From contig OZ241841.1 of assembly GCA_965202665.1 (NCBI GenBank), forward strand, positions 1,664,001-1,728,000: a stretch of 64,000 nucleotides of DNA, in the 5' to 3' direction. This DNA comes from Candidatus Spongiisociaceae bacterium. GTDB lineage: Bacteria; Actinomycetota; Acidimicrobiia; Spongiisociales; Spongiisociaceae. Under the pieces are notes generated by a model. The model was not told the origin of the DNA. It saw nothing but the letters and a program-made list of their open reading frames with translations, and ran no database searches. Both the position numbers and the translations under genes were made by a program. This document shows, piece by piece, positions 1 through 12,000 of the stretch (the stretch's first letter is position 1; each line of letters starts with the position of its first letter).

Positions 1-1
1 C

Positions 2-3000
2 AAAGGGACCAGCGAAGGAGCGGCGGACTACACCGCTTCCTCCGCTTCTTTCAACATCAGCATTCCCGCCAACAGTTCCTCCGGGTCGGCCAACTTCACT
101 TTGACGGCCGTCGACGACAATGTGGCCGGGGAGACGGACGCGATAGCGGTCAACGGCGGAACTTTGGCCGGTTACACCATCACCGGAACCACCGTGAAAC
201 TGATCGACAAAGACATCGCCCCCACCAACATCGCCCTCAAACTGGATGCGGACGCCGACTCCGAAGGGGCCCAAACCTCGCTGGGGGAAGGCACGTCGAA
301 CCGGACGGTGCGGGTGTGGGCGGAATGGGTGAACACTTCCCTGCAGTTGGAGAAGAAACTCACCATCCCGGTGACGGTGGCGGCCGGCACGGCGGAGACC
401 GGCGACTATTCGGTCACCGGCGGGTCTTTCAACGTAATCCTCCCCGGGGCTTCCCAGACGGCCTCCACCCACTCTTTTACGCTGACCGTCAACGACGACG
501 ACGTGGCCGGAGAGACGGACGCCCTGTCGGTGGGGGGAACCTTGGCCGGATATACCATCGCCGCCGCTTCCCTGACCCTCGGCGACTCCGATGCCAAACC
601 GACCGGCATTGCCTTGAGCATCGTCACCGACCACCAGACGGCCGACGACTCAGTGGATGAGGGAACCAGCGGCACGGTGACGGTCACCGCCTCCTTCCCC
701 TCCGACGGGTCGGTGCTGGAAACCGCCCTGGCCGTTCCGGTGGTCATCGCCGACGGAACCACCGACGGCTCCTCCGACTACGCCGCCTCACCCTCCTCTT
801 TCAACGTGTCCATCCCCGCCAACAGCCGCTCCGGGAACAAAAATTTCACTTTGAACGCCAAAGACGATGATGTGGCCGACGGGACGGAAGAAGTGACGGT
901 GAAAGGCGGGACTTTGGCCGGTTATCTCATTTCGTCCGACAAAGTGAAAATCCTGGACGGGGACACCGCCCCCTCCGTGATTAATTTGACCATCGACGCC
1001 GACTCCGGTACCGACGGCGCCCAGACCAGCATAGGGGAAGGGGTGTCGAACCGTTCGGTGTCGGTATGGGCTTCCTTCCCGGACGGGTCGGCGGTCCTGG
1101 AGTCGGATTTGACCGTGCCGGTGGTGGTAGCGGCAGGGACCGCCGAAAGCGCCGATTATTCGGTGGGCGACGATTCGTTCGATGTGACCATCGGGGCGGG
1201 AACCCGCCGGTCGGCCACCGCCGCCTCTTTCACGTTGACCACGGCGGACGACGACCTGTCCGGGGAGTCCGACGCCCTGTCCATCAAAGGCGGGACTTTA
1301 GCCGGTTACACTATCAACCCGGCCTCCCTCACCATCTCCGACGCCGACGCCGCCCCCACCGTCATCACCCTGACCATCGACGCCGACGCCAACACCAACG
1401 GAAATCAGACTTCTGTGGATGAGGGGGTGTCCGGACGCGGGGTGCGGGTGTGGGCCTCCTTCCCGGCCGGTTCCGTCCCCCGGGAGGCGGACGTGAAAGT
1501 GCCGATTACGGTGGCCGCCGGGACGGCCGAGAGCAGCGACTATTCGGTGGACGACGCCGCCCTGGAGGTGACCATCGGGGCGGGGACGCTCACTTCGGCT
1601 ACGCCGGACTCTTTCTCCTTGCAGGTGAGAAACGACAACGTGGCCGGGGAGTCGGACGCTTTGACGGTGAAAGGCGGGACTTTGGCCGGTTTCACCATCG
1701 GGACCGCCCAGTTGTCTTTGGGGGACGCCGACGCTTTGCCTTCGCAGATAGCGTTGTCCACTAATCCGACCAGCGTCGCGGAGGACGGTACGGCTCGTTC
1801 GGTGTCGGTATGGGCCGAGTTGCCCTCCACCGGGCCGGTGCTGGAATCTGCGTTGTCGGTGCCGGTGGTGGTGGCGGAGGGCACCGCCGAGGCGGGTGAT
1901 TATGCGGTGGATAACGCGACGTTTAATGTGACCATCGGGGCGGGGAGGCATAAGTCAGCCTCGGCCGGAACTTTCAACCTGACGGTAAACGATGACAATG
2001 TGGCGGGGGAGAAAGACAAGATCAAGGTGGGGGGCGGAACCCTGTCCGGCTATACCATCACCGCCGCCGAGGTGTCTTTAGGAGACGCCGACGCTCTACC
2101 TTCGCAGGTCATTTTGTCGGTAGACGCCGATCCGGGTACCGATGGCGCGCAGACCAGCGTGGGGGAGGGGGTGAGCGGTCGTTCGGTGTCGGTGTGGGCC
2201 GAGTTGCCGTCGGCGGGGCCGGTGTTGGAGTCGGCGTTGTCGGTGCCGGTGGCGGTGGCGGCGGGCACGGCCGAGGCGAGTGATTATTCCATTACGGGCA
2301 ACACCTTTAGCGTGACGATCGGGGCGGGAACCCGCAAGTCGACCACGGCCGGTACTTTCTCGTTGACGGTGAACGATGACGATGTGGCGGGCGAGTCGGA
2401 TGTTCTGTCGGTGGGGGGCGGTTCTTTGGCCGGTTATACGATTACCGCCGCCAACTTGACCCTGGGAGATTCCGATACCGCGCCCACTGCTATCACTTTG
2501 TCGGCTAGTCCGGGCAACGTGGCGGAAGGGACCGCTAATAGGTCGGTGTCGGTGACTGCCGCTTGGCAGGGTTCGTTGGTTCGGGAGTCGGCTGTGACGG
2601 TTCCGGTGACGGTGGCGGCGGGCACCGCAGAGGCCAGCGATTATTCCATTGTTGATAACACGTTTGATGTGACGATCAGCGCCGGGGCGGCGTCCGGTTC
2701 GGGTTCTTTCTCGCTGACCGTGAACGATGACGATGTGGCGGGCGAGTCGGACCGGTTGAGCGTGACCGGTTCCAAGGCGGGCTTCACCATCGCCTCCGCC
2801 GGGGTTACGTTGGGCGACTCCGACGCCAAGCCTTCGCAGGTTACTTTGTCGGTGGACGCCGATTCCGGTACCGACGGCGCGCAGACCAGCGTAGGGGAGG
2901 GGGTGAGCGGTCGTTCGGTGTCGGTGTGGGCCGAGTTGCCGTCGGGTGGGTCGGTGTTGGAGACGGCGTTGTCGGTGCCGGTAGTGGTGGCGGCGGGCAC

Positions 3001-6000
3001 GGCCGAGTCCAGTGATTACGCGATCGTGGACAACACCTTCAATGTGACGATCGGGGCGGGAACCCGTAAGTCGGCCTCGGCCGGTACTTTCTCGTTGACG
3101 GTGAACGATGACAATGTGGCGGTCGAGACAGATGTCTTATCAGTGGGGGGCGGGGTTTTAGCCGGTTACACCATTACCGCCGCCAACTTGACCCTGGGAG
3201 ATTCCGACACTGCGCCCACTGCTATCACTTTGTCGGCTAGTCCGGGCAATGTGGGGGAGGGGACCGCTAATAGGTCGGTGTCGGTGACTGCCGCTTGGCA
3301 GGGTTCGTTGGTTCGGGAGTCGGCTGTGACGGTTCCGGTGACGGTGGCGGCGGGCACCGCGGAGGCGAGCGATTATTCCATTGTTGATAACACGTTTGAT
3401 GTGACGATCAGCGGCGGGGCGGCGTCCGGTTCGAATTCTTTCTCGCTGACCGTGAATAACGACGATGTGGCGGGCGAGGCGGACCGGTTGAGCGTGACCG
3501 GTTCCAAGGCGGGTTTCACCATCGCCTCCGCCGGGGTTACGTTGGACGACTCCGACACCTTGCCTTCGCAGATCACCCTGTCGATAGACGCCGATCCGGA
3601 TACCGACGGCGCGCAGACCAGCGTGGAGGAGGGGGTGAGTGGTCGTTCCGTGTCGGTATGGGCCGAGTTGCCGTCGGGCGGGCCGGTGTTGGAGGCTTCG
3701 TTGTCGGTGCCGGTGGCGGTGGCGGCGGGCACCGCCGAGGCGAGTGATTATTCCATTGTGGACAACACCTTCAATGTCACGATCGGGGCGGGAACCCACA
3801 AGTCGGCCACGGCTGGGACTTTCTCGTTGACGGTGAACGATGATGATGTGTCCGGGGAGTCGGATGTTCTGTCGGTGGGAGGCGGTTCTTTGGCCGGTTA
3901 TACGATTACCGCCGCCGATTTGACCCTGGGCGATTCCGACACCCCCCTCACCGAGGTGACCCTGACCTTGGACGCCGACCCGGATACCGGCGGCGCCCAG
4001 ACCAGTGTGGGGGAGGGGGTGAGCGGCCGCTCCGTGTCGGTGTGGGCGGCTTTCCCGGCTGGTTCCACACCTCGGGAGGTGGACGTGAAAGTTCCCGTGG
4101 TGGTGGCGGCGGGCACGGCCGAAGCTGGTGATTATTCGATCGTCGATAACACTTTTGAGGTAACGATCGGGGCGGGAACTTTGCAGTCGGCCACGGCTGG
4201 GACTTTCTCGCTGACGGTGAATGATGACAATGTGGCGGGTGAGTCGGACAAGTTGTCGGTGGGGGGCGGTTCTTTGGCCGGTTATACGATTACCGCCGCC
4301 GATTTGACCCTGGGCGATTCCGACACCGCGCCTACTGCCATCACCTTGTCGGCCAATCCGGGCAATGTGGCGGAAGGGACGGCTAATCAGTCGGTGTCGG
4401 TGACTGCCGCTTGGCAGGGTTCGGTGGTTAGGGAGTCGGCTGTGACGGTTCCGGTGACGGTGGCGGCGGGCACCGCAGAGGCCGGCGATTATTCGATCGC
4501 GGATAACACGTTTGATGTGACGATCAGCGGCGGGGCGGCGTCCGGTTCGGGTTCTTTCTCGCTGACCGTGAACGATGACGATGTGGCGGGGGAGTCGGAC
4601 CGGTTGAGCGTGACCGGCGCCAAGGCGGGCTTTTCCATTACCTCCGCCGGGGTGACTTTGGGCGACGCTGACACCTTGCCTTCGCAGATCACCTTGTCGG
4701 TGGACGCCGACCCGGGTACCAGCGGCGTGCAGACCAGTGTGGGGGAGGGGGTGAGCGGTCGTTCGGTGTCGGTGTGGGCCGAGTTGCCGTCGGGTGGGCC
4801 GGTGTTGGAGTCTTCGTTGTCGGTGCCGGTGGTGGTGGCGGCGGGAACGGCGGAGGCCGGTGATTATTCCATTACGGACAACACCTTTGATGTGACGATC
4901 GGGGCGGGAACGCACAAGTCGGCCTCGGCCGGAACTTTCTCGTTGACGGTGAACAATGACAATGTGGCGGTTGAGTCGGATGTTTTATCGGTGGAGGGCG
5001 GTTCTTTGGCTGGTTATACGATTACCGCCGCCAGCTTGACCCTGGGCGATTCGGACACTGAGCCTACTGCTATCACTTTATCGGCCAGCCCGGGCAGTGT
5101 GGCGGAAGGGACGGCTAATCGGTCGGTGTCGGTGACTGCCGCTTGGCAGGGTTCGGTGGTTAGGGAGTCGGCTGTGACGGTTCCGGTGACGGTGGCGGCG
5201 GGCACCGCAGAGGCCGGCGATTATTCGATCGCGGATAACACTTTTGATGTGACGATCAGCGGCGGGGCGGCGTCCGGTTCGGGTTCTTTCTCGCTGACGG
5301 TGAATAACGACGATGTGGCGGGGGAGTCGGACCGGTTGAGCGTGACCGGCGCCAAGGCGGGCTTTTCCATTACCTCCGCCGGGGTGACTTTGGGCGATGC
5401 TGACACCATGCCTTCGCAGATCACCTTGTCGGTGGACGCCGACCCGGGTACCGACGGGACGCAGTCCAGTGTGGGGGAGGGGGTGAGTGGTCGTTCGGTG
5501 TCGGTGTGGGCGGAGTTGCCAGCAACGGGGCCGGTGTTGGAGTCGGCCTTGGCGGTGCCGGTGGCGGTGTCGGCGGGCACGGCTGAGGCGAGTGATTACG
5601 CAATCGTGGACAACACCTTTAATGTGACGATCGGGGCGGGAACGCATAAGTCGGCCTCTGCTGGGACTTTCAGCCTGACGGTGAATGATGACAATGTGGC
5701 GGGCGAGTCGGATGTTCTATCGGTGGGGGGCGGTTCTTTGGCTGGCTATACCATTACCGCCGCCGACTTGACCCTGGACGATTCAGACACTGCGCCCACT
5801 GCTATCACTTTGTCGGCCAGCCCGGGCAGTGTGGACGAAGGGACTGCTAATCAGTCAGTGTTGGTTTCCGCTGCTTGGCAGGGTTCGGTGGTTAGGGAGT
5901 CGGCTGTGACGGTTCCGGTGACGGTGGCGGCGGGTACGGCGGAATCGAGCGATTATTCCATTGCCGATAACACTTTTGATGTGACGATCGGGGGCGGGGC

Positions 6001-9000
6001 GGCGTCCGGTTCGGGTTCTTTCTCGCTGACGGTGAACAACGACGATGTGGCGGGGGAGGCGGACCGGTTGAGCGTGACCGGTTCTAAGCAAGGTTTCTCC
6101 ATCACCTCCACAGGAGTAACTTTGGGCGACGCTGACACCTTGCCTTCGCAGATCACTTTGTCGATAGACGCCGACCCGGATACCGGCGGCGCCCAGTCCA
6201 GTGTGGGGGAGGGGGTGAGCGGTCGTTCGGTGTCGGTGTGGGCCGAGTTGCCGTCGGCGGGGCCGGTGTTGGAGTCTTCGTTGTCGGTGCCGGTGGCGGT
6301 GGCGGCGGGCACGGCCGAGACGAGCGATTACGCAATCGTGGACAACACCTTCAATGTGACGATCGGGGCGGGAACCCATAAGTCGGCTACGGCCGGGACT
6401 TTCAGCCTGACGGTGAACGATGACAATGTGGCGGGCGAGACGGATGTTCTGTTGGTGGGGGGCGGAACTTTGGCCGGTTATTCTTTCACCGCCGCCGACT
6501 TAACCTTGGACGATTCCGACACCTTGCCTTCGCAGATCACCCTGACGATAGACGCCGATTCCGGTACCGACGGGGCGCAGTCCAGTGTGGGGGAGGGGGT
6601 GAGTGGTCGTTCGGTGTCGGTGTGGGCGGAGTTGCCAGCAACGGGGCCGGTGTTGGAGTCGGCCTTGGCGGTGCCGGTGGCGGTGTCGGCGGGCACGGCC
6701 GAGGCGAGCGATTACTCCATTGTGGATAACACTTTTAATGTCACGATCGGGGCGGGAACGCATAAGTCGGCGTCGGCTGGGACTTTCAGCCTTACGGTGA
6801 ATGATGACAATGTGGCGGGCGAGACGGATGTTCTGTCGGTGGGGGGCGGTACCTTGGCCGGTTATTCTTTCACCGCCGCCAGCTTGACCCTGGATGATTC
6901 CGACACTGCGCCCACTGCTATCACTTTGTCGGCCAATCCGGGCAGTGTGGACGAAGGGACTGCTAATCAGTCAGTGTCGGTGACCGCTGCTTGGCAGGGT
7001 TCGGTGGTTAGGGAGTCGGCTTTGACTGTTCCGGTGACGGTGGCGGCGGGCACCGCGGAGTCGAGCGATTATTCCATAGTCGACAACACTTTTGATGTAA
7101 CGATTAGCGGCGGGGCGGCGTCCGGTTCGGGTTCTTTCACGCTGACCGTGAATAACGACGATGTGGCGGGGGAGTCGGACCGGTTGAGCGTGTCCGGCGC
7201 CAAAGCGGGTTTCACCATCACCTCCGCCGGGGTGACTTTGGGCGACGCCGACGCCAAACCGACTTCCATCAAAATACTGGTGGACGCCGATCCGGATACC
7301 GACGGGGCCCAGACCAGCATTGGGGAGGGAGTGAGCGGTCGTTCCGTGTCGGTGTGGGCCGAGTTTCCGTCCACCGGGCCGGTGCTGGAATCGGATGTGA
7401 CGGTGGATGTGTCGGTGACGGCGGGCACGGCTCAAGCAGCCGACTATTCAACTTCCGGGACCTCCGGCTTGCAGGTGACCATCGGGGCGGGCGGCCGCCG
7501 GGCGACCGCCGCCTCCTTCACTTTGAACACCGTCGACGACTCTATTGCCGGGGAGTCCAACGAGGCGATAACGATTAGCGGCTCGGTGTCGGGCGACGCC
7601 TCCTATACGTTCACCGCCGCGGCCCTGAGCATCACCGACGGGGACAGCCCGCCCTCTCGAATAATTTTGACGGTGGATACCGACCCCGGAACCGCCGGTT
7701 CCCAAACCAATATTGCGGAGGGGATCAGCAACCGGACGGTGACGGTCACCGCCGCCTTCCCCGCCGGTTCCCCCACTTTGCTGACCGACTTGCGGACGCC
7801 GGTGGTGGTGGAGGCGGACACCGCCGAGGCCTCCGACTTTTCAGTTTCCGGAGGTTCTTTCACCATCACCATCGCCTCCGGCGCCTCGTCCGCCACCGGA
7901 ACCTTCACCCTCACCGCGGCCGACGACGACCTGTCCGGGGAGTCGGATGCCATCGCCGTCAAAGGCGGAGTTTTGGCCGGCTACACCATTGTTCCCGCCT
8001 CCATTTCCATCACCGACGCCGACGCCGCCCCCACCAAGATCACGGTGACGGTGGACGTCGACGGCTCAACCGACGGACTGCAGACCAAAATCACCGAGCA
8101 GGGCCCCCCGCAGACGGTTTCGGTGTGGGCCGAGTTCCCGGATGGTTCCACCCCTATGGAGTCGTCCGTGTCGGTGGCGGTGTCGGTGGAGGACGGAACC
8201 GCCGAAAGCGACGACTATGTAGTGACCGGCGGGTCTTTCAACGTGACCATCGGGGGCGGGACCCGTAAGTCCGCCACCGCGGGAACCTTCACTTTGGACG
8301 CCAATGAAGATACGGTGTTCGGCGAAAAAGACGCCGTGCTGGTGGATGGGACGTTGGCCGGTTTCACCGTTACCGACGCCGAAATAACCATCATCGATTC
8401 CGCTATCGCATTCCTGGACCGCCGCGTGAGCAATCCCGAGGAGGATCCCGAGGAGGATCCCCCTCCCACCACCCTCTATCCCACCGCCATCAAACTAACC
8501 GTTGATACCCACCCCGGCGAAAACGGGGCCCAGACCAGCGTGGGGGAGGGGGTTTCAGCCCGGTCGGTGTCGGTGTGGGCCGAGTTCACCAACGGAGGCG
8601 CCGGGTCGGTGTTTGAGAACGACCAGACGGTGGCGGTGACGGTGGCCGCCGGAACCGCCGAAGAATCCGATTATTCCATCACCGACAGCACCTTCAACGT
8701 GGTGATCGGGGCGGGAACCCGCAAGTCGGCTACCCCCGGCACATTCTTGCTGACGGTGGCCGACGACAATGTGGCCGGCGAAACCGACGCCCTGCTGGTG
8801 GGCGGCACGCTGGGCGCCTTTACCGTCGCCGGCGCCCAAGTTACTTTGGGGGATAGCGACACGAAGCCGTCTTCGGTCGCTTTGACCGTTTCCCCCACTT
8901 CCGCCGCTGAAGACGGAACCGCCCGCACCGTGTCGGTGTGGGCCGAGTTGCCTTCCACCGGGCCAGTGTTGGAGTCGGCTTTGACGGTGCCGGTGGTGGT

Positions 9001-12000
9001 GGCCAAAGGCACGGCTGAAACCTCCGACTATACGGTGGACGACGCCGATTTCAACGTGACCATAGGAGCGGCCAGGCACAAGTCGGCCGCCGCCGGTTCT
9101 TTCACCCTGACCGTTCGTAACGACGATGTGGGCGGAGAGGACGACAAACTCCAGATCAAAGGCGCCGCCTTGTCCGGTTTCACCATAACGCCCGCCGCGC
9201 TGACTTTGGGGGACGCCGACGCCGCCCCCACCGAGATTGTCCTGTCCGCCAACCCCTCCCGCGTGGAGGAAGGGGAAAACAACCGGTCGGTATCAGTTTC
9301 CGCCGCCTGGAAGGGCTCCATAACCCGGGAGTCGGCGCTGACCATCCCGGTGACCGTTTCCGCCGGCACCGCCGAAACCTCCGACTACGACATCGCCGAC
9401 GACACCTTTGACGCGACCATCAACGGCGGGGCGGCCAGCGGTTCCGGTTCTTTCACCATCACCGTTAACAACGACCAGGTGTCCGGCGAGTCGGACAAGT
9501 TGCGGATAACCGGCGCTAAGGCGGGCTTCACCGTGGCCGCTACCGGCCTGACCTTGGGCGATGCCGACACCGCGCCCGTCGCCATCGCCCTAGAGGTGGA
9601 CGCCGACCCCGATACCGACGGCCGGCAGTCCGATGTGCCGGAGGGAACAACGGGGCGGGCGGTGAAAGTGTGGGCCGCTTTCCCAGACGGCTCTGTTCCC
9701 CGCGAGCAGTCGGTAACGGTGAATGTGGCGATAGGGGACGGGACCACCGACGGGGCGGCCGATTATTCCACCACCGGAACCGCCGGCCTGCAGGTGACCA
9801 TAGGGGCCGGAACAAGAGAGTCGGCCGTCCCCGCCTTGTTTACCCTAACCACGGTGGACGACCAGATTTCCCAAGAAACCGGGGAGGCGATAACGGTAGG
9901 CGGTTCCGTGGCCGGCGACTCCCTCAATCTGGTTTTTTCGGTCGCCGCCGCCTCGTTGGGCATCACCGACGGGGACACTCCGCCGAACCGGATTCTTTTG
10001 ACGGTGGATGCGGACGGCGGCTCCGAAGGGAATCAGAATGCGGTGGAAGAAGGGGTCAGCAACCGGCAGGTGACCGTAACGGCCGCTTTCCCGGATGGCT
10101 CGCCCACTCTGCCCGCCAACTTGGATGTGCCGGTGGTGGTGGCGGATGGCACCGCCGAATCCTCCGATTACTCGGTGAACCCCGCCAATTTCACCATCCG
10201 CATCGCCGCCGGGGCCTCCTCCAACACCGGAAACTTCACCCTCACCGTCGCCGACGACAACGTGGCGGGCGAAACCGACGCCATCGAAGTCAAAGGCGGA
10301 ACGTTGGCCGGTTATACGATTGAGAAAGCATCCATTTCCCTCACCGATGCCGACGCCGTCCCGACCAAGATCAATTTGAGCCTGGATAACACCGAAGTTG
10401 ATGAGGGAGAGATGGAAAAGATCACCATCACGGCCGCTTTCCCGGTTGGTTCGGCGGTGTTGGAAACCAAGGTGCGAGTGACGGTGATGGTTACCCCCGA
10501 CGGTTCCATCGACCCATCTGACTACGAGGTCTCCCCGAGCAGTTTCAGCATCGACATCCCGGCCGGTTCGCTGTCCTCTCAGGGTTCGTTCAATTTGACG
10601 GCGAAGGATGATGATGTGGCCGGAGAGGAGAACGACAAGGTCAAAGTCACCGGGACGGCGGACGGCTTCACTTTCAACGATCCGGTGAAGGTGGAGATCG
10701 TGGATACGGACCCCGATCCCTCCCGTATTTTGCTGAGCGTGGACAAAAACAGCGTGGATGAGGGCGAAACTGAACAGGTGACGGTGACCGCCGCCTTCGA
10801 CGGTTCCAAGTGGGACGACAACACGATGGTGAAGATTGCAGTGGGGGAAGAAGACCCCCAGGATTACACGGTGGATGAGCACAGTTTTACGGTGACCATC
10901 AACCGGGCAACTCAGAATGTTTCCCGTACGTTCCGGCTGACCGCCAACGAAGACAACGACCAAGAAAATGAACAGATCTTCATCACCGGCACGGAAGAAT
11001 CGGTGAAGGAGTTCAAGGTGGTGCGAGCCGAGATAACCATCAACGACGACGATTCCAGCGCCAACCCGCCCCGGGTGGAGAATCCGACGGTTGACCCTCC
11101 GCCGCCCCCGCCGACTGACCCTCCGCCGCCCCCGCCCCCCCCGCCGCCCCCAACCGGGCCGCCCGTCCTCCCCGCCGCCCCGGCGCAGTCGCCGTCGTCG
11201 GATGCCTCGTTACGGAGTTTGCGGGTGTCGCCCGGCACGTTGAGCCCCGGGTTCGCCCCGGCGACGCTGGGATACACGGTGGCGGTGTCGGCCAACGTGT
11301 GGACCTTGCAAGTGGCGGCGGTTCCCAACCATGCCGCGGCCCGGGCCGCCATCGACGGGACAACGCTTTCCGGGGCGCACAGCGTTTTCCTCGGTTCGGA
11401 CCGCAAGACCATCGACGTGGTGGTGACCGCCGAAGACGGCTCCACCGTGCGGACCTACCGGCTGAATATCACCCGCGGCACCGGTCCCGGGTTCGCCGAT
11501 TCGCTGTCCGCCCTGACCGCCTGCACCGGGGCCGCCCTGCGCCCCTTCGGGTTTGAGGACGTGGCCGGATGGTTTTCCGAAAACGACATCAACTGCATCG
11601 GTTACTACGGAATAACTTTGGGGCGCTCCGCCACCCGGTTTGCGCCGTCGGAGGTGGTGTCTCGGTGGCAGATGGCCCTGTTCCTGTTCCGGGCGGCCGG
11701 GCCGGCCGGGGTGACGTTGCCGGCGGCGGAAGATCAGGGATTCACCGACATAGAAGGTCTGTCGGAGGAGGCGATGCGGGCCGCCAATATGATGGCCCAG
11801 CTGGGGGTGATGCCCGGCTCCGGCGGCAAGTTCAACCCGCAGGGCAAGATTTCCCGGGCGGCGATGGCTTTGATGTTGGACAGTTTCCTGGGGTTGGTCA
11901 CGGTGGGGGAGGGCGGGGTGGCCCGGGACAGCGTGCAACCCGACGAGGTGCTGTTCGCCGACATCGGCGCCCTGTCCGAAGCCAACCAGTTGGCGATCAG

